Shown here: in pieces, positions 42,467 to 52,855 of the stretch | How the letters are laid out: each line of letters begins with the position of its first letter | Position numbering within the stretch: position 1 is the first letter of the stretch | NCBI GenBank assembly: GCA_003151625.1 | Contig: PLYC01000013.1 | Span: forward strand, 93,210-157,209 | DNA length: 64,000 nucleotides | Direction: 5' to 3' | Source: Candidatus Doudnabacteria bacterium | Lineage (GTDB): Bacteria > Patescibacteriota > Doudnabacteria > UBA920 | Position numbers and translations under genes: made by a program | The notes under the pieces: generated by a model | The model's database searches: none | What the model was told of the DNA's origin: nothing | Seen by the model: only the letters and a program-made list of their open reading frames with translations

Positions 42467-44203
42467 ATGAAGGAAAACGAAAAACTCGAACACATCCGCC
42501 ACAGTCTCGCCCACCTTTTAGCCGCGGCGGTAATTAAGTTGTACCCGGGAACAAAACGGACTATTGGACCGGCTATAGATAACGGCTTTTATTATGACTT
42601 TGAATTTAAGGAACCGATAACGGACAAAGATTTGCCCAAGATTGAAAAGGAAATGAAAAAGCTTCTAAAGACCTGGACGACTTTTGAGCGCCGTGAAATA
42701 ACGGCCGATGAAGCAAGGGAAATTTTTAAAGACAATCCATATAAACTGGAACTCATCGAGGAATTCTCAAAAGAAGGCCAGACTCTTACTATGTACAAGT
42801 CCAGCCAGTACTTTGAGGACTTGTGCCGCGGCGGCCATGCGGAAGATATGTCCAAAATAGACCCGGATTCTTTTAAGCTAAATAAAGTTGCCGGAGCCTA
42901 CTGGCGCGGGGACGAGAAAAACAAAATGCTGACCCGTATTTATGGCTTGGCTTTTGAAACCAAAGAAGATTTGGAAAGTTACCTTAAAATGATGGAAGAA
43001 GCCGAAAAGCGCGACCACAAAATACTTGGCCCAAAACATGAGCTGTTTATGTTCCATCCCACAGCGCCGGGGATGCCATATTGGCTGCCTAAGGGAGTAA
43101 TTTTGTACAATCAGCTAATAGATTTTTGGCGCAAAGAGCACACCAAGCGCGGGTACCAGGAAATTGTTTCTCCTTTGTTGAATAAAAAGGATCTATACGT
43201 GACTTCCGGGCACTTTGACCACTATTGGTCGGATATGTTTGTGGCCAACATGGGTGAAAATGAGGAATACGGCATTAAAGCCATGAACTGCCCTAATGCC
43301 ATGATAGTCTTTGGCCATAAATTGCGCAGTTATAAAGACCTGCCTTTGCGGTTAAGCGATACCGATATGCTGCACCGCTATGAAGGATCGGGCTCTTTAA
43401 ACGGCTTGCTTAGGGTGCGTGAATTTCGCCAGGACGACGCCCATATTTTTATTACCGAAGACCAAATTGAAGCGGAATACGAACGGGTGTTTGAAATTAC
43501 AAAATTATTTTATGGTGTTTTTGGATTGGAGTACAACTACAGGTTGGGTACCAGGCCGGAAAAATTTTTGGGCGATGTTGAGACCTGGAATAAAGCCGAG
43601 GCGTCGCTTAAAAAAATTCTTGAGCACAGCGGACGGAAATATTCCATAGAAGAAGGCGACGGCGCGTTTTACGGTCCGAAGGTAGATATTTTAATGAAAG
43701 ACGCAATAGGCCGGGAGTGGCAAATGGGAACCATTCAGCTGGACTTCCAGCAGCCGCGCAGGTTTGAACTTGAGTACATTGCCGAAGACGGCAGCAGAAA
43801 AACGCCGGTAGCCATTCACCGCGTAATTTACGGCTCCTTGGAAAGATTTATTGGTTTGCTTATTGAGCATTATGCCGCGGCTTTTCCCGTGTGGCTGTCC
43901 CCTGTTCAGGTTGCGGTGTTGCCGATATCGGAAAACCAAGTTGAGTACGCGAAAGAAACAATTAACAATTTACAATTAACAATTAACGATCTTCGGGTTG
44001 AGCTGGATGACCGGTCCGAATCCATAGGCAAAAAAATCCGTGAGGCGACAATGCAAAAAATTCCTTATCAGTTGATAATCGGCGAAAAGGAAGTGGCGGC
44101 CGGAAAAATTGCTATCCGCCTCCGTGACGGAACGGACTTGGGGCAGATGGCGCTAGATGAATTTGTTGATAAAATAAATTTGGAAATCAAAGACAAAAAG
44201 TAA
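42467..44203 (+). CDS. thrS: threonine--tRNA ligase (short N-terminus)
   Basis: HRYEGSGSLNGLLRVREFRQDDAHIF class II motifs. Anticodon-binding C-terminus. 578 aa. Confidence 0.95.
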   Translation: MKENEKLEHIRHSLAHLLAAAVIKLYPGTKRTIGPAIDNGFYYDFEFKEPITDKDLPKIEKEMKKLLKTWTTFERREITADEAREIFKDNPYKLELIEEFSKEGQTLTMYKSSQYFEDLCRGGHAEDMSKIDPDSFKLNKVAGAYWRGDEKNKMLTRIYGLAFETKEDLESYLKMMEEAEKRDHKILGPKHELFMFHPTAPGMPYWLPKGVILYNQLIDFWRKEHTKRGYQEIVSPLLNKKDLYVTSGHFDHYWSDMFVANMGENEEYGIKAMNCPNAMIVFGHKLRSYKDLPLRLSDTDMLHRYEGSGSLNGLLRVREFRQDDAHIFITEDQIEAEYERVFEITKLFYGVFGLEYNYRLGTRPEKFLGDVETWNKAEASLKKILEHSGRKYSIEEGDGAFYGPKVDILMKDAIGREWQMGTIQLDFQQPRRFELEYIAEDGSRKTPVAIHRVIYGSLERFIGLLIEHYAAAFPVWLSPVQVAVLPISENQVEYAKETINNLQLTINDLRVELDDRSESIGKKIREATMQKIPYQLIIGEKEVAAGKIAIRLRDGTDLGQMALDEFVDKINLEIKDKK

Positions 44204-44220
44204 TCACTTAAGTGCAGTAT

Positions 44221-44256
44221 CCCCTCCCCCTTTGGGGGAGGGTTAGGGAGAGGGTC
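44221..44256. repeat. GC-rich palindromic element, cccctccccc-ttt-gggggaggg (terminator-like), related to the insertion inside prmC
   Basis: Its reverse complement is ~80% identical to 32401-32432. Confidence 0.45.
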
Positions 44257-44258
44257 TT

Positions 44259-44630
44259 ATGGTCAAAATAAAAGTTTACGATCCCAAAATAATTAAGTAT
44301 GCCAGAGAGTTAAGAAAAAACTCCACGCCTCAAGAGAGGAAGTTGTGGAGTTTTTTAAAGTCTTCAAAGTTTTACGGGTTTAAGTTCAGAAGGCAATTTC
44401 CTATCGGCGATTTTATTGTTGACCTTTGCTGTGTAAAAGCTAAGTTAGTAATTGAGTTGGATGGTGGACAGCATTCGGATAAAGAAAGTAAAGATTACGA
44501 TAAAGCGCGCAGTGATTACCTTAATAAAGAGAGCTATCGAGTATTGAGGTTTTGGAATAACGATATTGATAAAAATTCGGAAGGTGTTGGCGAGAAAATT
44601 TACGAAATGCTTATGAATCCTCATCCCTAG
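44259..44630 (+). CDS. DUF559/Vsr-like endonuclease domain protein
   Basis: FRRQFPIGDFIVDLCC...VIELDGGQH. Confidence 0.7.
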   Translation: MVKIKVYDPKIIKYARELRKNSTPQERKLWSFLKSSKFYGFKFRRQFPIGDFIVDLCCVKAKLVIELDGGQHSDKESKDYDKARSDYLNKESYRVLRFWNNDIDKNSEGVGEKIYEMLMNPHP

Positions 44631-44712
44631 CACTTTTCCAAAAGAACCCTCATCTGTCGCTCGACTGCACTCGCGACATCTTCTCTCAGGGGGAGAAGAG
44701 CTCCGCGATTTG

Positions 44713-45474
44713 CTAAGTCAAAATCCTCATGCCGGTTTTGGTAACCGCGACGGTATGTTCAAAGTGGGCGGAAAGGCCGCCGTCTTTGGTGGAAATGGTC
44801 CAGCCGTCGGGTTCAAACACAACAAAGTAGTCAAACTCGCACAGCATTGGTTCAATGGCCAAAACCATGCCTTCGCGCAAAACTTCCCCCGTCCCCTTTT
44901 TTCCGTAATTCGGCACCATAGGGTCTTCGTGGACTTCGTAGCCCACACCGTGGCCGACTAAATCCCGGACCACGGAAAAACCTGCGGATTCAGCGGTTGT
45001 TTGGGCGCAGAAAGCAATATCGCCAATCCTGTTTCCCGATCTAACCTGCGCTATGGCCGCGGATAAAGATTTTTTTGTCGTTTCCAAAAGCCTTTTTGCA
45101 ACGTCGGAAATTTTTCCTACCGGAACCGTAATGGCCGTGTCGGTAAAGAGGCTCTTATATTCCATGCCAATATCCAGGCCAATAATGTCGCCGTCGCGCA
45201 AAATTACGTCGCGCGACGGTATTCCGTGCACAACCACGGAGTTAACCGAAGTGCACAGCCCGGCCGGAAAAGGGTTCTTTTTCGGGCCGTAATTTTTAAA
45301 GCTGGGTTTTCCCCCGACCCGCGTTATTTCCTGTTCGGCAAATTCATTTAATTCCCATGTAGAAATACCCGGCTTAATCAGTTCGGCCGTAGAATGCAAG
45401 ATATTATGAAGAAGACGTCCGCCTTCGCCGATTATGTTTATTTCTTCAGGAGTTTTAATTAGACCCTTTTTCAT
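44713..45474 (-). CDS. map: type I methionine aminopeptidase
   Basis: Metal ligands in GHGVGYEVHE and SAHFEHTV. Confidence 0.95.
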   Translation of the reverse strand: MKKGLIKTPEEINIIGEGGRLLHNILHSTAELIKPGISTWELNEFAEQEITRVGGKPSFKNYGPKKNPFPAGLCTSVNSVVVHGIPSRDVILRDGDIIGLDIGMEYKSLFTDTAITVPVGKISDVAKRLLETTKKSLSAAIAQVRSGNRIGDIAFCAQTTAESAGFSVVRDLVGHGVGYEVHEDPMVPNYGKKGTGEVLREGMVLAIEPMLCEFDYFVVFEPDGWTISTKDGGLSAHFEHTVAVTKTGMRILT

Positions 45475-46084
45475 AATTTTGGAGTTTTAACAGCAATCTT
45501 TTTCTGGCTTGGAAAATTGTGCCCAGCGTGGAAATTTTCACAAACGGATAAAGTTTTTTAAAATAAGCCACAACCTCCGTAATATTTTTTTTGTAGTAAG
45601 AAATCCTGTTTTTTAAAGCTTTATTATTGTCATCGGGCCGCTTGGAAAATTTTCCCTTAAAATAGGTTTTGCGCGCCGTCATGCGCAGTATGGTTTCTTT
45701 AAGCGGGATGGAAAGATAAATAAATAAAACGCTTCCACGTTTTTCCTGCTTCAGCCATTTGGCCACTAATTTGGCTTCACCCAGCATTTTGGGCGTGCCG
45801 TTAAATAAAATTCCTTGGTTTTTGGGCGTGCTATGAATTTTATCGCGCAATAAATTCCTGACTAATTCCGTGGGCGTGAGCCTGCCGCTATCCAAAGTTT
45901 TATCCAGCTGATATTTTTTTCGCAGTTCTTTATTGTGTTCCAAGCCCCGCAGTTCTCGTCCCATATCCAAATCGTAAAGGTCATATTTGCGCGCCAAAAA
46001 TTGGCCGTGGGTGGCTTTGCCAGCCGCCGGATCGCCAAGCAGTATTATGTTTAGGGGATGTTGATTTTTCATCAGTGTTAACAA
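45455..46084 (-). CDS. adenylate kinase-like P-loop nucleotide kinase (paralog)
   Basis: LGDPAAGKAT and LFNGTPK motifs. Confidence 0.55.
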   Translation of the reverse strand: MLTLMKNQHPLNIILLGDPAAGKATHGQFLARKYDLYDLDMGRELRGLEHNKELRKKYQLDKTLDSGRLTPTELVRNLLRDKIHSTPKNQGILFNGTPKMLGEAKLVAKWLKQEKRGSVLFIYLSIPLKETILRMTARKTYFKGKFSKRPDDNNKALKNRISYYKKNITEVVAYFKKLYPFVKISTLGTIFQARKRLLLKLQNYEKGSN

Positions 46085-46121
46085 TGGGCATCATTGTGTA
46101 ACACAATGATGCCCATTGTTG

Positions 46122-46697
46122 TTAACTTAATTTCAAAACTTTATTTATTTCCTTAGTTACTTCCTCTACGCTCGGTGTCCCGTCGATTTCAAAAAAACTG
46201 GATTTTGGTCTTAGAAAATCCAAAACCGGTAAAGTGTCTTCCTCGTACTGTTTTAGCCTAAATTCAATTTTTTCCCTGGTGTCGTCCGCTCTTTTTTCAA
46301 TCTCGGCTCTTTTAAGGAGTCTGGCGATAGATTCCTCCCTGGGTAAATTAACAAACAGAGTGGCAAAATCTTTACGCCCCTGATTTAACAAAAATTTTAT
46401 TAAATGTTCGGCCTGGGCCACGCGGCGGGGAATGCCGTCAAAAATAATCCCTACATTATGGGCGATTTCGCCAAGCCGGTTGTCTACAACTTCGTAAAGC
46501 TGTTCGTCGGTTAACAGGACGCCGGAGTCAATCAAATTTTTAATTTTTTTCCCCAGAGGGCTGTCACTTGACCCGACTTCCCGTAAAATCCCTCCCATTT
46601 CCCAGTAAAAAAAGTTGAGTTTTTTTGCCAGAATTCGTGCCTGCGTGCCTTTGCCAGACCCCTGCGGGCCAATAAAGAAAATGGTATTTAGATTCAT
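46122..46697 (-). CDS. adk: adenylate kinase (short form)
   Basis: FFIGPQGSGKGTQ, IFDGIPR. Confidence 0.9.
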   Translation of the reverse strand: MNLNTIFFIGPQGSGKGTQARILAKKLNFFYWEMGGILREVGSSDSPLGKKIKNLIDSGVLLTDEQLYEVVDNRLGEIAHNVGIIFDGIPRRVAQAEHLIKFLLNQGRKDFATLFVNLPREESIARLLKRAEIEKRADDTREKIEFRLKQYEEDTLPVLDFLRPKSSFFEIDGTPSVEEVTKEINKVLKLS

Positions 46698-46794
46698 TTA
46701 AAATAAATTAAAATATTAAGCTTAGTTTATCAAAATTTGGGATTTAAATCAAGTTGTGTTATAATAAATTAAATTTTTCAGACAGAAACAAAAA

Positions 46795-48501
46795 ATGGAC
46801 CACACCTTATTTTACCAGCTCACGGGCGTGCTTTTAATAGCCGGGCTCATTGCCGTCTTAATTAGCGTCCTTAAGCAGCCCAGCGTGCTGGCGTTTATTT
46901 TAACCGGCATTTTGGTCGGTTATTTTGGGTCTACGCAGCTCCACGCGACTGCGGTTTTTTCGGATTTGGGCGAGATTGGCATTACCCTATTGCTTTTTAT
47001 GGTCGGTTTGGAACTAGATGTGGGCAGGTTAAAAGAGCTTGGAAAGGTAGTGGTTGTTACCGCTATTGGACAAATTTTAGGCAGCAGTATTTTGGGATTT
47101 GTCTTTGCCCGACTGTTTGGTTTTAACTTTCAGGCCTCGGTATTCATTGCCGTGGCTCTGACTTTTACTTCTACCATCATTGCCGTAAAGCTTTTAAGCG
47201 AAAAAGGCCAGCTGCAAAGCCTGCACGGCCGGATTGCCGTGGGTTGCAGCATTGTCCAGGATTTTGCCGCGCTGGTCCTTTTGATGTTTTTGGGCAGCTC
47301 AACCAATTCTTCAATAATCCCCTCTGCTTTGCCCGGTTGGCAGCTGGCGGTGATTACGCTGGTTCGGGCTTTAATTTTGTTTTTGCTGCTGCTTGTTGCC
47401 AGCAAAAAAGTTTTGCCCTGGGTTTTAAAATTTTTGAGCAAAAACGGCGAACTGCTTTTGTCGTTTTCTTTGGCCTGGGCTTTGGGTATGGCGGCTTTTG
47501 CCTCTTTGCCCCTGGTGGGTTTTAATTTTGAAATTGGCGGATTTTTAGCCGGCCTGGCTTTGGCCAATTCCCAGGTGCACTGGGAAATCGCGGCGAAGGT
47601 TAAATCTATCCGCGACTTTTTTATTATTATCTTTTTTATAGTTTTTGGTTCTCAGCTGGCTTTTGGCAACGTTTGGGCGCATTGGCCGCAAGTGGCGGCT
47701 TTTTCCGTTTTTATGCTGGTTGTAAATCCTTTTTTGGTTTTGCTCTTGCTTACGAGGCAGGGCTACAAATCCAAAACGGCTTTTTTGGCCGGCAGCGTGG
47801 TGGTTCCTATGTCGGAGTTTAGTTTTATTTTGGCGGCTTTGGGCAGCCGCAGCGGGCAAATTACCCAGGAGGTCGCCAGCTTAATTACTTTGGTCGGGCT
47901 AATAAGCATTGCCTGTTCTTCTTACATAATTATCCATGCCGAAAGACTGTATGTTTTATGGAAACCGGTTTTAAAATATTTTGAACCAAAAAATGGTCTG
48001 GCCGAAATTGCTTCGGACACGGTTTTAAAAAATCACGTAATTTTGGTGGGCGCCCACCGCTTGGGCAGGCATTTAATAGCCACACTGGAAAAATCCAAAA
48101 AGGCATTGGTAATAGTAGATATTAACCCCGATGTCACGGCCGAGTACGCGGCCACGGGCTTAACCGTGGTCTGTGGGGATATTACTGAAGGTTACATTCA
48201 GGACCAGGTAAATTTGGCCGAAGCCAAAGTGATTATTTCCACTGTTCCGGATTTCCAGGATAATCTTTCTTTGCTGGAAGCTGTAAAAATAAAAACAGCC
48301 AACCGCAGAAGCAAGCCCAAACTTATTTTTGCCGCCCAAACCGAAGCCGAGGCCAAAAAACTCTACGAGCAGGAAATAGATTACGCCCTATCCCCTCACT
48401 TTATTAGCGGCCTGCATCTGGCGAAAATCCTGCGCGGCACGGATAATTTTAAGGAACTGAAAACCCTGCGCGAACAACATTTGAAGGTTATAAGGGCCTA
48501 G
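46795..48501 (+). CDS. CPA2 monovalent cation:proton antiporter with C-terminal RCK/TrkA-N domain
   Basis: ~12 TM. ILVGAHRLGRHL Rossmann segment. Confidence 0.8.
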   Translation: MDHTLFYQLTGVLLIAGLIAVLISVLKQPSVLAFILTGILVGYFGSTQLHATAVFSDLGEIGITLLLFMVGLELDVGRLKELGKVVVVTAIGQILGSSILGFVFARLFGFNFQASVFIAVALTFTSTIIAVKLLSEKGQLQSLHGRIAVGCSIVQDFAALVLLMFLGSSTNSSIIPSALPGWQLAVITLVRALILFLLLLVASKKVLPWVLKFLSKNGELLLSFSLAWALGMAAFASLPLVGFNFEIGGFLAGLALANSQVHWEIAAKVKSIRDFFIIIFFIVFGSQLAFGNVWAHWPQVAAFSVFMLVVNPFLVLLLLTRQGYKSKTAFLAGSVVVPMSEFSFILAALGSRSGQITQEVASLITLVGLISIACSSYIIIHAERLYVLWKPVLKYFEPKNGLAEIASDTVLKNHVILVGAHRLGRHLIATLEKSKKALVIVDINPDVTAEYAATGLTVVCGDITEGYIQDQVNLAEAKVIISTVPDFQDNLSLLEAVKIKTANRRSKPKLIFAAQTEAEAKKLYEQEIDYALSPHFISGLHLAKILRGTDNFKELKTLREQHLKVIRA

Positions 48502-48517
48502 TTACTAAGATTTTTTT

Positions 48518-48553
48518 GTAACCATTTTAACGTGGCCACGCTAAAATGGTTAC
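48518..48553. repeat. 36-bp GGCC-centred palindrome (family member 1)
   Basis: gtaaccattttaacgtggccacgctaaaatggttac. Confidence 0.7.
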
Positions 48554-48562
48554 GCATAGTTT

Positions 48563-49081
48563 ATGCCAAGAAGCATAAAACTTAAAATCACCGAAGCAAT
48601 GCTCAAAGCAGTTTGGGACGCTTTTTCTAATTTTGGTGATCATTCGGAATACATTCAAGATAAATATGATTGTTCAAGCCAGTACTATCGCAATTCTCTT
48701 TCCCGATTAAAGAAGCGAGGGCTAATTAAAGTTGTCTCCAAACAAGGAAAAAAATTTATTGAATTGACCAAAAATGGCGAGCTAAAAGTTTTGTTAAGTA
48801 TGGCTGAACTTGAAAAAACCGACGCTTGGGATGGCAAGTGGAGGCTAATAATTTTTGATATTCCTGAAGACGCAGATATTCAAAGAGACAAGTTAAGAAA
48901 ACTTTTAAAACAGCACCAGTTTTTTAAATTGCAAGCGAGCGTTTACATTAATCCTTATCCTTTGAATCGTCAGGCTCTTGATTACTTGAGACAAAGTGGC
49001 TTAATTGATTATATACGGATTTTGCGTGTCGACGACATAGATTTTGACTTGGATTTAAAAAGAAAATTTAAACTAAAATAA
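48563..49081 (+). CDS. PaaX-like regulator C-terminal domain protein
   Basis: WDGKWRLIIFDIPEDADIQRDKLRKLLKQHQFFKLQASVY. Confidence 0.55.
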   Translation: MPRSIKLKITEAMLKAVWDAFSNFGDHSEYIQDKYDCSSQYYRNSLSRLKKRGLIKVVSKQGKKFIELTKNGELKVLLSMAELEKTDAWDGKWRLIIFDIPEDADIQRDKLRKLLKQHQFFKLQASVYINPYPLNRQALDYLRQSGLIDYIRILRVDDIDFDLDLKRKFKLK

Positions 49082-49082
49082 T

Positions 49083-49118
49083 GTAACCACTTTGACGTGG
49101 CCACGTCAAAGTGGTTAC
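49083..49118. repeat. 36-bp perfect palindrome (family member 2)
   Basis: gtaaccactttgacgtggccacgtcaaagtggttac. Confidence 0.7.
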
Positions 49119-49161
49119 AGATAAAATTGACCTTACCATTAATTTTCTTTAAACTAACCCT

Positions 49162-50577
49162 ATGCTTAAGCTTTATAATACTCTATCAAGAAAAATCGAA
49201 GAGGTTCCGCAAAAGGACCATATTAACCTCTATACCTGCGGGCCGACGGTTTATAATTACGCGCATATTGGGAATTTGCGGAGTTATATAATGGCGGATT
49301 TGCTTTATCGTACTTTAAAATACGATGGTTATAAGCCAAAGTGGGTAATGAATATTACGGATATAGACGATAAAACCATTAAGGGGGCAATCACAAAGTT
49401 TGGTAATAAGGCGACCGTGGAAAACCTGCGCGAGTTTACCCAATTTTATTTGGATGAATTTTTAAAGGATTTGAGCGAGGTGAATGTGGTCTCATCGGAA
49501 GATTATCAGATATATCAGCCGGGGCAAGCATTGGATTTTTCAAAGAAACTGATTTTTATTCGCGTAACCGATGTCATAAAAGAAACCCAGGATTTTATCG
49601 TGGAGTTAATAAATAAAGGCTACGCCTACAAAGCCGACGATGGCAGCACTTATTTTAGCATTGAAAAATACCAAAAAGGTTTTGATGATTACGGCGCATT
49701 AGTTGGTGAGAAGTTTATAGAAGGGAAAAAAGTCGGTGCGCGCGTGGCCGTGGATGAGTATGAAAAAGATAACTTGAGCGATTTTGCACTGTGGAAGGCG
49801 TGGGATGAGGCATCGGATGCCCAAATTTTTTGGGATCATTCGACTTTAGGCAAAGGCCGCCCGGGTTGGCACATTGAATGTTCCGTAATAAATAAAATCG
49901 GATTTAACGGCGAACCCACGGACATCCATACTGGCGGTGTTGATTTAATATTCCCCCACCACACCAACGAAATTGCCCAATCACAGGCGTTATTTGGCAA
50001 AGGCAATTTTGTGCACCATTGGTTCCATTCCGAGCACTTGCTTGTTGACGGCAAAAAAATGTCTAAGAGTGCTGGGAATTTTTACGTTTTGAAAGATTTA
50101 AAACCCATAAATAGTTATCATTTGGATAAATATCAGCCCTACGCTTTACGATATTTATTTTTACAAGCGCACTATAGGGTTCAACAGAATTTTACTCAGA
50201 AATCATTAGATGCTTCACACAATGGTTTGCTAGGGTTAATAGTTTCAGCTCATAAGGATGGAGTTATTTCCGATTTAAGATTAGTCGGGCTTGATAATGA
50301 TTTAAACTCGCCTTTAGCTATCTCCGAAAATAAACCCTCGGAGATTTTAGAAGCCTTGATTGGAATTTCTGTTAAATCTATGATTGACCCTAACAGATTA
50401 GTATCAGATGATGAGTTGTCAGCTGACATCAAGAGTTTAAAAAAAGAACGAGAAACAGCTAAAAATCAAAAAGACTTCAAAAAATCTGACGAATTGCGAA
50501 AGCAAATAGAAGATTTGGGGTACGAGGTTATGGACACTCCGGAAGGGCAGAAAGTTAAGAAAAAGCTGCAAATTTAG
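49162..50577 (+). CDS. cysS: cysteine--tRNA ligase
   Basis: HIGN and KMSKS motifs. Zn ligands. Confidence 0.95.
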   Translation: MLKLYNTLSRKIEEVPQKDHINLYTCGPTVYNYAHIGNLRSYIMADLLYRTLKYDGYKPKWVMNITDIDDKTIKGAITKFGNKATVENLREFTQFYLDEFLKDLSEVNVVSSEDYQIYQPGQALDFSKKLIFIRVTDVIKETQDFIVELINKGYAYKADDGSTYFSIEKYQKGFDDYGALVGEKFIEGKKVGARVAVDEYEKDNLSDFALWKAWDEASDAQIFWDHSTLGKGRPGWHIECSVINKIGFNGEPTDIHTGGVDLIFPHHTNEIAQSQALFGKGNFVHHWFHSEHLLVDGKKMSKSAGNFYVLKDLKPINSYHLDKYQPYALRYLFLQAHYRVQQNFTQKSLDASHNGLLGLIVSAHKDGVISDLRLVGLDNDLNSPLAISENKPSEILEALIGISVKSMIDPNRLVSDDELSADIKSLKKERETAKNQKDFKKSDELRKQIEDLGYEVMDTPEGQKVKKKLQI

Positions 50578-50729
50578 GTATACACCTGTATTCCCCACCA
50601 TACCCACAAATAGGCCAAAATAGGCCTATTTTTGGTCTTTCCAGGAGGCTTGAAAGTGAGTATAATAAATAATAGAAGTCATCAAATAACGATTGGCCTT
50701 TGAGGCCGATAAATCGGCACACTACACTT

Positions 50730-52121
50730 ATGTCAGACAACTCATCTATCCAACGAATCCCGCCCCAAAACCTGGACGCAGAAATGTCGGTTTTGGGATG
50801 TTTAATGCTGGACAAAGACGCGATTATAAAGATTGGCGATATTGTTAGCGCAGACCATTTTTACGACGAAAAAAATAAAATAATTTTTGAGGCGGTTTTG
50901 GCTTTGTACGCCACCAATACATCCGTGGATATTTTAACAGTTACCAACTGGCTGGAAGAAAAAAAACTTCTTGAAAAAGTCGGCGGCAGTTCCTATTTAA
51001 CCCAGCTGGTTAACGCGGTGCCCAGCGCCGCGCACGTTACCCACTACGCCTACATTGTCCGAAAAAAGGGCACGCTTCGTAAATTAATTACGGCTGCCGG
51101 AGAAATCAGCAATATCGCTTTTAAGGAAGAAGGCGAAATGGAAGATATTTTGGACGTGGCCGAGCAAAAACTTTTTAATATTTCCCAAAAACATTTAAAA
51201 CAGAATTTTGTTTCTATTGGGAACATTCTACACGCCACCTTTGAAAGAATAGATGAACTGCATCGGGAGAAAGGAAAGTTAAGGGGCCTGCCAACAGGTT
51301 ATGTGGATTTGGATAATTTGCTCGGCGGACTGCAGAAATCGGATTTGGTGGTTTTGGCCGCACGTCCCTCCATGGGCAAAACTTCCCTGGCTTTAGACAT
51401 AATGAGGAATGTTGCCGTAAACGCCAAAGTACCGGTCGGAATTTTTTCCCTGGAAATGAGCAAGGATCAGTTGGTGGACCGTTTGCTTTCCAGCCAGAGC
51501 GATGTTAACTTGTGGAAAATCCGCACCGGACATTTGAACGAGGACGACTTTGACCAAATTGGCAAAGCTATGGGCGAACTTTCCGAGTCCCCTATTTTTA
51601 TAGACGACGCGGCCGGCAGCAACATTATGGAAATTCGTACCAAAGCCCGTCGGCTGCAGTCCGAGCATGGTGTGGGGTTAATTGTGGTAGACTATTTGCA
51701 ATTAATGGAAGGCCGCAACCAGGAAAATCGCGTACAGGAAGTTTCCGAAATTTCCCGCGCTTTAAAATTGTTGGCTCGCGAGCTGAACGTGCCGGTGCTG
51801 GCTTTGTCCCAGCTGTCCCGCGGCGTGGAAAGCCGGCCGGATAAAATCCCCCAGCTAGCCGATTTAAGAGAATCGGGATCTATTGAACAGGATGCGGACG
51901 TGGTTATGTTCATTTACCGTGAGGAAATGTATAAAGGTAAAGATAGCAAGCGCCCTCACATTGCGGAAATCCACATTAAAAAGCACCGTAACGGCCCGAC
52001 CGGACAGGTGGATTTGTATTTTGACCAGGAAAAAACTTCCTTTAAGAATTTGGACCGTAGTTTTGACGTTTCACCGCAGACGGTAATGGACAGTATGGTT
52101 CCGGCGGAAGAACCGGTGTAG
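50730..52121 (+). CDS. dnaB: replicative DNA helicase DnaB
   Basis: Walker A ARPSMGKTS. Walker B/RecA-fold motifs. Confidence 0.9.
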   Translation: MSDNSSIQRIPPQNLDAEMSVLGCLMLDKDAIIKIGDIVSADHFYDEKNKIIFEAVLALYATNTSVDILTVTNWLEEKKLLEKVGGSSYLTQLVNAVPSAAHVTHYAYIVRKKGTLRKLITAAGEISNIAFKEEGEMEDILDVAEQKLFNISQKHLKQNFVSIGNILHATFERIDELHREKGKLRGLPTGYVDLDNLLGGLQKSDLVVLAARPSMGKTSLALDIMRNVAVNAKVPVGIFSLEMSKDQLVDRLLSSQSDVNLWKIRTGHLNEDDFDQIGKAMGELSESPIFIDDAAGSNIMEIRTKARRLQSEHGVGLIVVDYLQLMEGRNQENRVQEVSEISRALKLLARELNVPVLALSQLSRGVESRPDKIPQLADLRESGSIEQDADVVMFIYREEMYKGKDSKRPHIAEIHIKKHRNGPTGQVDLYFDQEKTSFKNLDRSFDVSPQTVMDSMVPAEEPV

Positions 52122-52242
52122 TCAGGTTTTAAGTTATTAGTTATGGAAGCCGGTGTGGTAGTAAGTGGTTGGTTGTAAGTAATCTAAAACTTTTTACTTA
52201 TAACCAAACTGGCTTCTATAACTTATAACCAATTACTATTTC

Positions 52243-52854
52243 ATGACAAAATTACCTACCAGCCTGCAAAAACTAATAAACGAGCTCGGAAGCTTGCCTG
52301 GCATTGGGCCAAAGACAGCGCAGCGGTTGGCTTTTTATCTGCTTAAGGAAGACAATATAGATTTAAACAATTTGTCCGATTCAATTTCCAGAGTTAAGGA
52401 AGGGATTGTTTTTTGTTCCACTTGCCATAATATGGGCGAAAGCGACCCTTGCCACACCTGTACCGACTCTAAGCGCGACAAAAGCCTTATATGCGTGGTG
52501 GAAGAGCCGCTAGACGCGCAAGCTATTGATAAGAGCGGACAGTTTAATGGAGTCTTTCACGTTTTGGGCGGCGTGCTTAACCCTTTGGAAGGAATTGGGC
52601 CGGAGAATTTGGAAGTTGAATCGTTGATCGAAAGAACCAAGAATCAAGATCCAAGAATCAAAGAAATTATAATCGCGACAAACCCATCGCTTGAAGGTGA
52701 GACAACCGCGATGCATTTGTCAAAAGTTATAAAACAATCAAACACCAAAATAAAAATTACCCGCATTGCTCGCGGCCTGCCCATGGGCGGAGACTTGGAG
52801 TACGCGGATGATATTACGCTGATGAGGGCGATGGAAGGGCGGAGGGAATATTAA
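52243..52854 (+). CDS. recR: recombination protein RecR
   Basis: HhH LPGIGPKTAQR, C4 zinc finger, Toprim. Confidence 0.9.
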   Translation: MTKLPTSLQKLINELGSLPGIGPKTAQRLAFYLLKEDNIDLNNLSDSISRVKEGIVFCSTCHNMGESDPCHTCTDSKRDKSLICVVEEPLDAQAIDKSGQFNGVFHVLGGVLNPLEGIGPENLEVESLIERTKNQDPRIKEIIIATNPSLEGETTAMHLSKVIKQSNTKIKITRIARGLPMGGDLEYADDITLMRAMEGRREY

Positions 52855-52855
52855 T

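Noticed and set aside
47130-47859. ORFs antisense or alternate-frame within the CPA2 antiporter gene
   Set aside because: Overlap a clear 12-TM transporter. Compositional artefacts.
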